DNA of 64,000 nt, taken from assembly GCA_004022145.1 (NCBI GenBank), contig RCNU01000002.1, one strand, 5' to 3'. Every line of letters begins with the position of its first letter. Position 1 is the stretch's first letter. This document shows positions 50,974-63,517 of the stretch, in pieces. The translations under genes and the position numbers were made by a program. The notes beneath the pieces were generated by a model. The model searched no databases. It was not told the origin of the DNA and was given only the letters and a program-made list of their open reading frames with translations. The DNA comes from Paecilomyces variotii. Lineage: Eukaryota.

Positions 50974-53338
50974 GTCGGCGGATTCTATCTGCGTCGGGCG
51001 TCAAGGGCCGTGATCAAGCTATGCCAGCAGCAGGGACGGCGGTTGAGGTCGCAACAGTTTTCTTCAGAAGGAGGATCGAGGTCGGGACCCAGAATGTCGG
51101 GGGCTTCTGGCGGAAGACAGGCGCCAAACAGCAGTCCACCGTACCCGCCAGTCTAGTGAACTAGCCCAAGCTTAACGAGTTAGATCGGGATCAGGGGTGC
51201 AGACGCAGAACAGCGGAATAATTGGAGGCGAGGGGTTCTGGCTCAGAGACCGGTTGGTCCTTTCTGCGCAAGCCAGCGGGGGTCGACGGGGGAAACTATT
51301 TGGGCCAGTCCAGGGAACAGGGAGTGAACGGGAAGGGGGATAAGTTTAAGGGAGGCTTAGGGAGCAACCAAAGGGTGGGGATGAGAGTTGATCGGGTTGA
51401 GTTGGCGATGGAGAGGGAGAGAGGATCTGGAGCGGAGGAACGGAGAGCGTGTGTGTTATGTGGCAGTTGGAGGAGAAGCTCGACTTACAGAGAGAGATCT
51501 TTTTCTTTTTCGCTTTTTAGACTCTTGAGTCTCTTGTCTGGAAAAAGAAGATGAGATAGATAGATAGTTAGTTAGATGCAACAGAAGCAGAATGGACGGT
51601 TTCTGGCCTGTGATGGACCTGAGCTAAAGGAGAGCGCCGCTTGGCGGGAAAAAAGGAGAACGGTTGTCGGTTTGACCAACCAACCCCTCGTCTCTCTCTC
51701 TTCTCTCTCCCTCTCCCTCTCTAACCACCAGCCATCCATGGTTCTCTCGCCTTTCCAAGGATCCGCTGAAGCGCCAGTGATGGTCAATGCTAAATCGCCC
51801 AGTCCACCCAGTCTAACGAACGAACAGTCCAACCAGCTTGCCCATCACCATCTTTCCGCCCACCGCTCTCGTTGGTCCTCCGTCTTTTGAACCCTTGGCG
51901 CCAGTAATTATTGTTCTTGATCGAATGGTATGATCAAGAGAGAGCAACAAGAGACAGATCAAGCGATTGATAGCGGCCGCTTCGCTTTTACGGGCTGTTG
52001 GACGTTGCGCGTAGCCGCCAACTCTTTCCCCCACGGTCAGGCGACCACCTACTACTGTTATCATTATTTCAAGTCTCGTTGGCCTGCTAAGTGGATAGGT
52101 TCAAAAGTCTGATCTTCATCGTCGTCACCGTATCGCTTGACGCGGATCCTATCTACTCTTTCTTTTTTCGACATCTACAGCGGGCGGTCTCCTCGGGTCA
52201 AGAATGAGAACCAGAGAAGTTAGAACAGATCAGAGGACGATCGATCCCTTGCCAATAATATGATTATCTGCCGTTTAAGGTGCGGAGGCGATCCACTCGA
52301 CGCCAAAGATGTCCGCGAGACTGTGATGTATAAAAAGGCCGTCGTCCAACGGTTGTGAGCTCCTGCATTTTACGAGACGTCTCACAAGTCTTCCATCAAC
52401 TCTAATATCTAGCAGATTTCTCACATCCTGTGATTCCGTCCTGGTCGAAACTACATACAATACATGCAGATCCTCAGGCTGCTGATACAGCAGGGTACCA
52501 GGAAAGTCTCACTCTGAGAGCAGCCGCGTCTCATAAAACCCGGTCCGTAAGCAGTCGATGGCTTGCAACCTTGCATAGAGTTGCATCATGCATTACTCCA
52601 CACAATGTTGCTTATCTGCCTGGCCTTGACACCTGGAGCTTCCCCAGTAAATAATAATAATGCCTAGAGGTCCCCTCCAGAGTCCGGATCCCCGAAATTC
52701 CTCCAAATGGCAGGTCATAGAGAAGAGAGCACAGACCAGATGCCATCAGTCACCAGTTTGGAAAGGCGCTATGACCGTTAGGGCTCTGGTGACGACGTGA
52801 AACAGAGCCAGTCTTGCATACGGAGTAGTCTGTTACAACTGTACACATCGCACATGCTAAAAGTTCTTCCAAATGCTGTTGTACTTTAAGCGAATTTTGT
52901 GACCACATTACAAAGTAAATGTAGGTGATGGTAGAATAATTACAGTTGTGCGTTTTAGGCTTTAAATTCGTGGTCTTTCCGCCTTGTTAATATACTTAGC
53001 TGAATACAAACTCTCTTGGCTAATTGTCACAGAACAGCATCTTCAAGTGAAGCAATTATTAGTTGGCGCGGGAAAAAACCAAGTTGATCAGTAAGCAAGT
53101 GTGCGAATTTAGGAATTAACAACATTCACTAGTTATGAAAGTAACAACTAAGCGTACTGTCTGAAGGTAAAAGCCTATCTAAGAGACATTGCCGATCGCT
53201 AAGCATATGCCTAGTTCATCAAGACTTATAAAGCGATAGGAAAAATCTGTACTAAGGGTGTATGTAAACTGTAAATGAGGTCCTCGAAAAGACTTGAGTG
53301 TAATAGTTGTTAACTCATCCACGGGCTTCTCTTCGGAA

Positions 53339-54422
53339 TCAGTTCGGATAAGCCAGGCGCTGATATAAATATAAGCCGGTCTTCTCTGACGAGTATAGCT
53401 AAATGACCCTGTTGGCGGTGCTATCAGGGCCTAAGACCTATGATGCATTTGTTCTCTTTTAGCCGCCGGATGGCGCATTTGCAAATATACTAGCGTCATT
53501 CAGCATCTTTTTATCTTTCATTTTCTTCGCTGCTTGGCCAGATTCCTCTTGTTCTTTTATATGAGACTGTTTGCCGGCTGCGACAGGATCTTTCCGATAG
53601 ATATTACAGAGTATATTGTTGGCCGGGTTTAGTAAAGTCTCCTCGAAATAGAGATAACACAATTTGTCGAGCTGCTTTCGGGTCTCTGGATCCATGATGT
53701 ATATATATAGACTTCCGAGGATTGCGAAAGCCCGTCGCAGAGATGTTAACGGGTTTCTGTGCCATTGTTTGTTGGTGGATATGGTTTGCAATATTTCCTC
53801 GGGCAGGAGTCCGTTCTATAAATCCTTCAAAAAACTCCGCATCTAGAGGCCCCTAATTGCGTTGGGGGGTATGGCTTTGGATGAAATTTGGTAGTTTCGA
53901 TAGGCCACACAGCATTGGGTATTTGTAGGGTATTGGTGTTTTCTCGCTGGCGCTTATCTCTCAGCTTGAATTTAATAAAGAAGTTTAAGTCCGACGGAAA
54001 GAAAATGAAACCCGGGTCTTCTGCCTTGTCGAATTGATAATGACAAGTGGGATATAGAGGAATTGCGTTTGCCACAGACTTGAAGTTAAATTCAGGGGAA
54101 AATAAGCTAGCGTCATGCTAGGATGGTATCTATATAGATGCTAATGAGTCTGAGCTTTCAATAGTCAGAGAAGGGAAATTATATCTGACTGTCTGCTTTT
54201 GCAACCATATGGGCGATTTGGGGATCTATTGCACCACAGACCCAATAATCTTTACCCGTGAGTCTTTTGATCTCAAGCTCGGTTGGTTTGGAAAATAAGC
54301 CCGATGAATCAAAAGATGGGCCTTGGATTGAAGATATAGGGCGAGCACGCGTGGTGGAGACGGATCGTGATCGAGTGACAGATGGCGGGGACGATGATGG
54401 GGAGCTCCCTGTCTGATGCCAT
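53339..54422 (-). pseudogene. HNH endonuclease-domain pseudogene
   Basis: Fragments (C>Y)WVCG...IAH, NAIPL(C>Y)PTCH.QFD..EDPGFIFFP.DL.FFI, WH..PL.SLRRAFAILGS and (W>*)VLGP. Premature TAG stops, frameshifts and an apparent GT>AT splice-donor loss. Confidence 0.75.
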
Positions 54423-55511
54423 TTTGTCAGTTCAAGTTGCAACGATCCACGAAAGATGAATTGGAGGGACACTCACAAGTTCGAAACAAAATACGGCCTT
54501 CGATCACGGGTTCGCGCGGCGAGTTGTTACGGCTGGGAAGGTGCAGGCCAGGAATGCGCAATCTCAGATGTAGGCGCTGGACTATGAATCTACGGTAACT
54601 ATACCGGTCTTTTATTACCAAACGTCATGTGAGGAGGTAGAAATATAACATTGCGATTGACGCAAAAATCTGAAGACCCGTGATGGAAAGAATCAAAGAA
54701 TATTTCTATTATTGTGAAAGGGGAATCCCAAGCTTTGAGTAAGTAGGGTTGGAGTTGACTGTCATTGGAAAGATTGACTGTGGTGTTGTGAAAGAATCCA
54801 AGCTTCTTCCTCTAGTTGGAATACCTACCTAGGTACTATATGGTACACTAAGTCTAAGGCGGTATAGTACTGCCGCTGCTCTGCACCTCCGTGCCCCTCT
54901 ATGGTAATAGCACTACTCCGTACTTGCACTGGAGACTTCGTTAATTACGCTGTTAGTGGTTGAGAACCGCGGTTATTATTATTATTATTTGGTCTATCAG
55001 CGCCCGAGCCAACGACTCTACTGGATCGCACCGGTTCTCGCAACCGAGAGCTCATTCGTGGCCCCCCCGATATTTACCCCTTTTCAACTTGAGAGAAGAC
55101 GATTGGGGAGATCATCCAGAATATTCATTGACGTTTCTATGCAACCGTTTGCCCCTGTCCGCCCGATAGTTAACTAGTTACGGTGATCACTAAGACTGAT
55201 ATGCTCCACAGTGGAACGACTCGAAGGATGACACCACTGCTGCTCTGCGTCGGAGTTACCGGCACTACTGGCGCGATTGGGTAATATAGAATATCCTCTC
55301 TTATCAGGTTGCGGTTCGAGTTGTACATATATCAAGGATATCGGCTCAAATGGTGCTAGGAAACAATATATATTTAATTTCACGTGATTTATACTCCTGG
55401 CATGCACTTTGTATAGCTATCCGACACTCTTTATCCAGCTTTAAGTCACAACAATATAGTTAAGTTAAGTACTGGATGCTAAATCTATGTTGTGGTATCT
55501 TGGCTCCTTTC

Positions 55512-56745
55512 TTATGTCTTTTTGTGAACAGCGGAGGGAGAAGCCTATGAAAATCTGTCAGCAGGTCTTGTTTTGCAAATACCAGCATTGGCTAGTATAT
55601 TCTCTCCGGTATATTCTGGCAGAAACATGCCAAAGGACTTACCTGGTGACTAGGAAAGATCAGCGTGTCGGCAATAACGACGTTCTCCCTCCGGCCAGCA
55701 GCGAAGACGATGACCTCAGCGATATCATCTGGCGTTAACGGCTCACAGCCCCTATAGCAAAAGGTCAGCTTCAGTCGGAAAATTCCCCCGAAAAGGGATT
55801 GGCCTACTCATAAACAGCATCTGCCTTCTTCTTGTCGCCATAGAATCGCACGACGGAGAATTCCTATTGCGGAGGATATAGTTGTCAGTAAAGTGACGAA
55901 TATATTCGGCCGGAAAAAGCACTCTCATACCGTCTCAACCTGACCGGGGTCGATCTCGATCACTCGGATTCTGGTCGCGATGAGCTCCTTCCTCAGAGCG
56001 TCCGTAAAGCTGCGGATAGCGGCCTTGGTGGCACAGTAGATGCTACCACCAGGGTATGGTTCACGGCCTGCAATGCTGCCAATGTTGATAATGTCTCCTC
56101 TGCCGCCCTCGTCTCTTTTCTTGAAAATGGGCAGGATTGCCTGGGTCATGTTGATCAAACCGGTAACGTTGGTCGCGAACATAACGTTCATGTCCTCCGC
56201 GGCAATTTCTGGAGCTCTTGCAACACCCTTAACAAGACCACTGGTTCCGTTAGCATGACTTTCACTCGAGTCCTCGAAGAGCCGTATCCTTACGCATTGT
56301 TCACAAGCACGTTGATGTCCTTGAACTCATCCGGCAGAGATGGCACGAAATTCTTCACCTCCTCGGGGTTGCTGACGTCCAGCTTGACTGGCAGGACCTT
56401 GACGCCATCTCCCACCTCATCCTTAATCTCCTGGGCAAGCTGCTTGAGGCTGTCCAACCGTCTGGCGGTAACGATGAGCTTCAAGTTTTTAGGTGCGGTA
56501 CGGGCGAACTCCTTGGCCGTGCTCTTGCCAATGCCGGAGGAGGCACCGGTAATGACAATCGTCTTGCCTTCGAGGCGCTTTGCCTGTGCGGTGGCCATTG
56601 CGCGTCTGAGAAAGACCTGTTGAGCTTTGGGCCCAAACGTAGAGTTGCTTAGGACTGATGAGGGGTGAAGCGCGGGGAGAGTTCTGGGCGTTCCAAGCTG
56701 CGCGAGGTGTCTGATTGAATTCGTGCAGGTGCGCAAATAGTTCAT
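55512..56745 (-). CDS. NADP-dependent short-chain dehydrogenase (YdfG/YMR226C-like 3-hydroxy acid dehydrogenase)
   Basis: [37 protein letters not shown] and PLTPDDIAE. Several introns; last exon [10 protein letters not shown]. Alternative ATG at 56598. Confidence 0.92.
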
Positions 56746-58419
56746 GAGATGTCCGGTCGCGAAAGATAACCTCGTATAGCTCGTTGAGAATGGACAAGTG
56801 TTTATCTACTGGGAGGGGCGGCGATGTCGTGATTTACCTTCGGTATCGGAGGGCGTGCGGGGAATGTCTCTGGCATCTCCGCCCGTCTACCCGACGGAAA
56901 GCCGTCGGACTTCGTCCCGATCAATATCAATGCCTTTACGTCTATAATTACTTCTGGTACAGTATTTACCATCGTCTAGATATATATTGGTGCCTCTAAT
57001 ATAAATACCGTAGACATCGAGGAAAGGGCCAGTATTTGCTTTTGTATATGCACACTTTACACTGCGATTCTACCCCGCGGCGAGGTCCTCGTGCTATCAC
57101 TATCGGTAGATATATTTTCCTGCCTATCAACACCAACTGTTATCATAACTATCAGATAGGCTTCATGATATCACTTTTGTTCATTGTATTATGCCTAACC
57201 TATACCACACGACCATCGATAACATAAGAGTCATTTGAGCCTCGAACGAGTGAATGACGCTCATTATCTGAGCTATGCTCGACTGAGATAAGAACAAGTA
57301 GCATAATGATTGCTGAATTGTATAATTGTCCTTGATTGTATGAAAAATAACTTTATGTTGCCGCGACAAATAATTTGCCATCTATATCATCAAACCAGTG
57401 TTGCTTCCACTCAAAGGCTACTAGATAACACTGACTGGCATGATTGCAATTTACTCATGGCATTATTTCTATTGCTAAGTTCCCATCAAGAGAAATATAT
57501 ATATAGCGACCATCCTCTAGCACTCCCCTTCAACTCTAGAGACAACACATCATTCTAGGTCCCTTGACTCTGAATGGGTATCATATGTATGTACAGTCAC
57601 AATAAAAGAGCGGAACCAACTGCCTGATTATGCGTGGTTGTTTGTCTTTTGTTGGAAAAGACAGAGAGGCTGACATGTCGCTTAACTACTCATGAAGATT
57701 GGGAATATTCTTTCCAGGAAGTCTTATAGAACATTGAATTTTTCCATAATTAACATATTTTCCGTTACTCTACTGTGTTTGTATCTTTATACTGTTATTG
57801 ATAAGACCATATACCTTATGAGTATAATAACTCCCTCAGCGGTTTGCCAACATTAAGCCTCAGCGTTATACGGGCTATTGGAATATGTCATATCACCAAG
57901 AAAGGAGTCCAATTCGATATACCATATTATAAGGCTGCAGCTGGGCTTCTTTACTGTCAAGAGCATTGTTTGTGCAGTATATACCTTTGATTTGAATATC
58001 TTTGTCATTCCTGTCTTTGTTTGCATAGCCGCGCAAACTAATATATATGGTATGACCCATCCGTTATTCATGATTCTGAAGGAACCCCCCTCGTTATACT
58101 ATGACTTTATTGTCCAATTTCCTTTCACTTTGTTTCTTTCATTCACCGTATAAATGGATACAACACAGATTTAGTCATGGGATTTGCTACTCCAGTATTC
58201 CTCAGCTTATATGGACTTAACCTTCCTGCATTCCTTATCTACCTACATGTCTTGCTTTCCTATAACCTGCTGGTCTGGTTATTGAACCGCAATAAAAATA
58301 TCCGCTATCTTTTTTTTCTGAAATAGAGGATATACTTTCGCGTAAAGCCCTTGGTGGCTTTACATTTATTCTGTACCTCCATTCTACACTTTATTTATTT
58401 ATCAATCTCCTTCATTCCC

Positions 58420-60930
58420 ATGGATCCGAGCATGACATCCCACAGTGTCTGTAGGGCATGGGCCCCAGTATTCTCTTCGATCCTTCACCGACAAGATATA
58501 TGCCAGAAGGAAGCTGCGACAGGCACACATTGCCATGTTGACGATCCTGTGAAGGTGAAAGACGGTGGGATAACCAGCCATATATACGCCTATCTGCGAG
58601 CAATGGAGCGTGAAGGGACATGGTATGCTGTTGACGCATGGATCACGGATCTTTCGGGCCGCGAGAGACTCGCAGAATCCACTTTCCTTGTTCCTGCCAT
58701 GGAGCCCGAACTTGACATTGAGAATTATACATGGGAGTGGGATATGCTCCTGAGGATGTTCGTTGTTTGCTGTGTCCAACCTGAAGCGGCGTCGAATGTC
58801 GCAATCATTGGAACAGTCAATGAAGAGCATGAGCGGGACTCTGGCAGCGGTGGGCAAACAGTGGAGGGCAGTGGTAATGGGGAAGACCATTATAGGAATG
58901 CAGACATCTTGATTGACAGGGAATCTCGTGCCAGCCAACAAGAACCTGCCATGGACCGCGAGCGTATCGACGCTCTTCTGAAACCCGAAAACTTCAACTG
59001 GGCAGATGAGGACGATGATGAAGTCTCTGAAGAGACTCTGCATTCGCAATCTCAAGTGGAAACAGATGCAGAACCTATCCGCGTCAATATCCCAGGGGGG
59101 CCTCTCATTGTTGACTCATCCCAGATTCGCTGCCAGACACCTGAACCGGGGCAAGAATCGCAAACTCGCGAAGACGAAGACCCCTTTCCTGTCTCGCATG
59201 TAGAGGAGTCAGAGGACCAGATGCTCCGAGCGAACGTTGAAGCCGAATTCAGTTACCGCGACCAAATGACCGCATGGGCATCGACGACGGGATGGAATAT
59301 CCATCATTTTAACTGGTTCGGCGAGGCAGTGTACGAGTACAGTGATACGCCGCCAGCAGTATCACTCTGGTACATCGTGTCTGAGCCAAAGGTGTCACGA
59401 CTCTATGATGAGATGAGGGTGCAAGCGATTCTGACCAGAGCCCTGAAGTTCATCGATCCAGTGGTATATTATGGGCGAGATTGGCGAGATCTGCGCCGTC
59501 GGGGCCAGGACTTTATCCGGACAGTGACAGGAAATGTCTTCAAGTGCTATACGCTGCATGGAATGTGGAGGGAAGATCAGAATCACTTTGATGAGGGAAC
59601 GCGGATGGACGAAGGAATCATGGAGAGTTATGGAACTGAGGAGTATGTGATCGCCAACGGTTTCACTGTGCACCCAGCAGTAATGAATAGGGCCGAGCGA
59701 GCGAATGCTCAGAAATCACTTTTTGAACGGCAGAGAAGTATCGACCCGTGGCGACATAGTAGCATCGTGAGGCAAAGTCGAATATATGCTCTCTCACCCT
59801 TGAGGTCTTGCACGAGTGTGGACGAGAAGTGGGACGATGAGGATGAGATCGTGAACAACACTCCTGCCATCGACAATGGACTATATACCATCACAGAGGA
59901 GCTTGGAGAAAGGAATGGCACTGCGGTTTCGTCTGCCCGGGGAATTGTTGCTCACACTGAGCGTCCATATCTTCAAGTAGAAAACATATCGGGCTCAACT
60001 TCAGCAGGAGACCTAGAAAATAATCAAGTCCTCAACAATTACCTGTCTTCATCTCTGCAAGTCGTTCCTGGTGATCACAAATGTCCTCCAGATCCCCACA
60101 ACGTCCCCCGGGGCAGGGTACGTTCGAAGTTCCACAGTCTGCCTAAGCTCGTTACACCATTTTCGTCTGTTGCTGCGTCACTAGACTCCAGCGAAGAGAA
60201 AATGGTTCGACAGGAGAATTCTGATGTCGACCCTGATAATGACGCCGATGCTCGAGGCGTTTCAAAACAGGTCATGGTTGAAAAGCAGAACCCCGTCAGC
60301 GGAGTGTTACAAGCAAAGAAGCTCGAGAGTCCTCCAGATCCTCACAACATCCCCCGAGTCAGGGAACGTTTGAAGTGCCACAATCTGCCTAAGCTCATTA
60401 CACCGCTTTCGTTTTTGCCTGCCGTTGTGTCACCAGCCGTTGTGTCACCAGCCATTGTGTCACCAGCCATTGATCCAAAGGATGTGCACAGCCATGACCA
60501 GGGCGGACACGACAATCTAGCCGAAGTTCCTGGTCTCGTTTCACCTCAGCGCGAATGTAAACCAGTACTGTCCTCCTCAACTGGCACCGTTAATGACACT
60601 GAGTTAGTTGGGTCGACATCTGAAAATCCTGTCCAGACAGAAGGGGGTCAGCCAATAACAAAGTGGTCGGGAGACGGTCTTGAGGAAGATGTCAAATCAA
60701 CACAGAGTCGGCAACACAAGCCACGCTTGAGCTGGAAACGCTTCGCTGGCCACATAGGTAGGGTGTTCGGCACCGAAACATCAGCCGAAGCAGCAAAGGT
60801 ACGACCAGGACAAAAGTTGCAGAACACGCCGTCCACCCCTGGAGCAAAATCACCATCAAAAAGCAAGCCACATCACTACATACGAAGAGCGGTCGATTCC
60901 ATTCTGGAAAGATTGTTCGTATCCTGTTGA
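58420..60930 (+). CDS. Large hypothetical protein (~836 aa), acidic, with internal repeats
   Basis: 2.5 kb uninterrupted ORF, first ATG at 58420. Globular-looking middle (IHHFNWFG..VYEY..TPPAVSLW) and a low-complexity C-terminus. Confidence 0.8.
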   Translation: MDPSMTSHSVCRAWAPVFSSILHRQDICQKEAATGTHCHVDDPVKVKDGGITSHIYAYLRAMEREGTWYAVDAWITDLSGRERLAESTFLVPAMEPELDIENYTWEWDMLLRMFVVCCVQPEAASNVAIIGTVNEEHERDSGSGGQTVEGSGNGEDHYRNADILIDRESRASQQEPAMDRERIDALLKPENFNWADEDDDEVSEETLHSQSQVETDAEPIRVNIPGGPLIVDSSQIRCQTPEPGQESQTREDEDPFPVSHVEESEDQMLRANVEAEFSYRDQMTAWASTTGWNIHHFNWFGEAVYEYSDTPPAVSLWYIVSEPKVSRLYDEMRVQAILTRALKFIDPVVYYGRDWRDLRRRGQDFIRTVTGNVFKCYTLHGMWREDQNHFDEGTRMDEGIMESYGTEEYVIANGFTVHPAVMNRAERANAQKSLFERQRSIDPWRHSSIVRQSRIYALSPLRSCTSVDEKWDDEDEIVNNTPAIDNGLYTITEELGERNGTAVSSARGIVAHTERPYLQVENISGSTSAGDLENNQVLNNYLSSSLQVVPGDHKCPPDPHNVPRGRVRSKFHSLPKLVTPFSSVAASLDSSEEKMVRQENSDVDPDNDADARGVSKQVMVEKQNPVSGVLQAKKLESPPDPHNIPRVRERLKCHNLPKLITPLSFLPAVVSPAVVSPAIVSPAIDPKDVHSHDQGGHDNLAEVPGLVSPQRECKPVLSSSTGTVNDTELVGSTSENPVQTEGGQPITKWSGDGLEEDVKSTQSRQHKPRLSWKRFAGHIGRVFGTETSAEAAKVRPGQKLQNTPSTPGAKSPSKSKPHHYIRRAVDSILERLFVSC

Positions 60931-61970
60931 AATCATCTCCTGAGTTCTTTGTCACGTCCGATGGCTCCTTGGTTCGTTAATGCGGCGTCATGACATGGAT
61001 CATGGGTACTGTTTATGCATTGATGTCGAGTTATAATTAAGTGTTCCTTCATGGTCTTTGATGTTTTTCAGCCATGCACATTGTACATTACTGGGGTGAA
61101 TAATTAATTGCTAATGACGACTTGAACGGTTCAGTATTGTTCCCGGGCAGGAGCGCCACATGTATTGAACTCTTGCTTCCCCTGCGAGATAACTTGCAAT
61201 GAAATCGCAGGAAGCATGAATACCGAACCGAATACCAAGGCTTCGAAACAATCACCTGGAAGGTTCGGGAACATGGACAGCCGATGTCAAGATTTGTTAG
61301 ATTGTACAGTACATTAAAGAATACAAACCGGCCTAGCTGATAAGTACCAGTAGATATAGCGCATTATGATACTTGGGAATACGCCAATAGAAGAGAAAGC
61401 TCACTGTCATTAAGTATGGTAGGAGTTTATATTAGTGGTTCCCATTTCCTGCTCCTTGCACCCAGCCACACGATTTATATTTAACTAATCCGAGAAAACT
61501 TGCAGTCTGAGACTCATTCCAAGTTGCACAGACAATCCAGAGTAGGTTTACAAGTCATTTGGTTTAGGCTGAGGAATACTCTTGTAAAGGTGAATCGTAA
61601 ATCTAGTTGTCATATAAGATCCCGAATGGCCACGCAAAGAGGAGTACAGAGTAGAATAGTTTATTCTGCACTATAGAGATGCCACACTATAAATACTAGT
61701 GCTTCGGCGCTTCTGATGTCAAATGCAAGTAACTTTAATATCGGGAGACCATCAGGGGACTATTTCGGACCAACGATCGGCCCGCGTTTGGGTGTCGTTA
61801 AACCCAGGTTCGCGATGTATTAAATAACGATCAATTCTCGTTAAACCATGGTTGCTGTGTAGTGTGCCATTCAACAATGACATTTCCTTTTAAAAGCGCT
61901 CTTCACTTGACTGATCGTCCACCATTTATCAACAGTACTTGGACAGCCCAGTCTTCAAGGGACCTTTTCG

Positions 61971-63517
61971 ATGCACCGTAGACTAAGAATGCTCTTACGG
62001 TGGTCTACCGTCATGTCTTCAGTGAAAGCTTTCGCAACCAAGTTACAGGACAGAAAAGTGATGCAAACCGCCATGGAGAAACGCAGAGTGTTTCCAATAA
62101 GTGGATTTAAGACCGTTGAGCCGGACCACCTAGTGGAAGAAGAGGAGTTGCCTGATTACCGAGCTGATCGATTCTATCCCGTACAACTAGGTGAAGTGTT
62201 CAAGGACCGCTATCAGGTGCTTACGAAGCTTGGATTTGGCACTTCATCAACCGCTTGGCTAGCCCGGGATTTGAAGTAAGTAGGCGTGGGGTCCAGTGTT
62301 GGGAATTTCTAACTAATCCTTTCAGAGCTCGCCAGTATGTCGCGCTCAAGGTGTATGTGCGCACGTCGTTGGTTCATCGCGAGCTGCCATTCTATCATCA
62401 TATCGCTAGACATATCACCGAGAGCTCACATGTAGGGCGAGGTAACATCCGTAGGCTACTGGACTTCTTCGAAGCCGCAGGTCCAGACGGCCGCCATGTT
62501 GTCCTCGTTTTTGAAGCTGCGCAAATGAGTCTGCGTGATATGAAGACAGTCTTTTGGCCGGATGGGTTTGAAGAAAATTTCGTCAAGGGTGCCATTATCG
62601 AGCTTCTAAAGGCTTTAGATTTTCTCCACACCCAAGGAGAAACTGTCCATACTGGTATCTACCCTCCCACTGCCCTTCTTCGACTCAAATATCTCATTTA
62701 GTTTGTCACTGATAAATTGTAGATGTGCACCCTGGCAACATGCTCCTTGGCGTTTATAACAATGATCTTCTACGAACCCTTGAAGAATGGGAGTTCACTC
62801 ATCCCGTTCTGCGTAAGATAGTGTCGTCCACTCGAACTATCTTCCACTCTCGGTTAATGAAGCCCAAGGAGGGCCCAATGCTCCTTTCTGATTTTGGTGA
62901 AGCCAGAATTGGTCCTGGACCGCACGGAGGTGATATAATGCCCTTGGAGTACCGGGCTCCCGAAATATTGCTTTATGTAGGATGGAGCTATCCCGTTGAT
63001 GTGTGGAGTGTCGGCCTAACGGTGTGTTGATTCAAATCCCCATCCTTGACATAGGCATATACGCTGACCCCGTTCTGAGGAAAGGCCTGGCAACTCCTTG
63101 AACCAAAGATATTGTTCACCGCACGTGATGAGGACGGAGATCTTTACGATGCTGCTCATCTTGCCCAACTTATTGCCGCTTTGGGTCCACCTCCACCTGG
63201 ATTTCTGGCCAAGAATCCAGAGCGGAGATCTATATTTTGGGACGATCAAGGTATGTTGGCTACCTGAGAATAGTAGACACCTAGAAAGACAAACCGCAAT
63301 GTGTCGCTTTTCCGTATCATGACTTCTGACCCCTCCCATTATAGGTCAATGGCTAGGCCTTGCGCCCATACCGCGTGGCCGTACCTTGGAGGCCCTTGAA
63401 ACTCGACTAGAGGATAAATGTGGCTTCCTCAGGTTCATACGAAGAGCATTGACCTGGATGCCTGAAGAGAGACCCACGGCTAAAGAGCTTCTACAGGATC
63501 CTTGGCTGGTAGGCTAG
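61971..63517 (+). CDS. SRPK-like Ser/Thr protein kinase
   Basis: EEELPDY...FYPV.LGEVF..RYQVL.KLGFG..ST.WLARD, VALK, HTDVHPGN, DFGEA, YRAPE, VDVWS and W.PEERPTA..LL.DPWL. Four GT-AG introns (first 62276-62325). Start codon uncertain. Confidence 0.9.
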
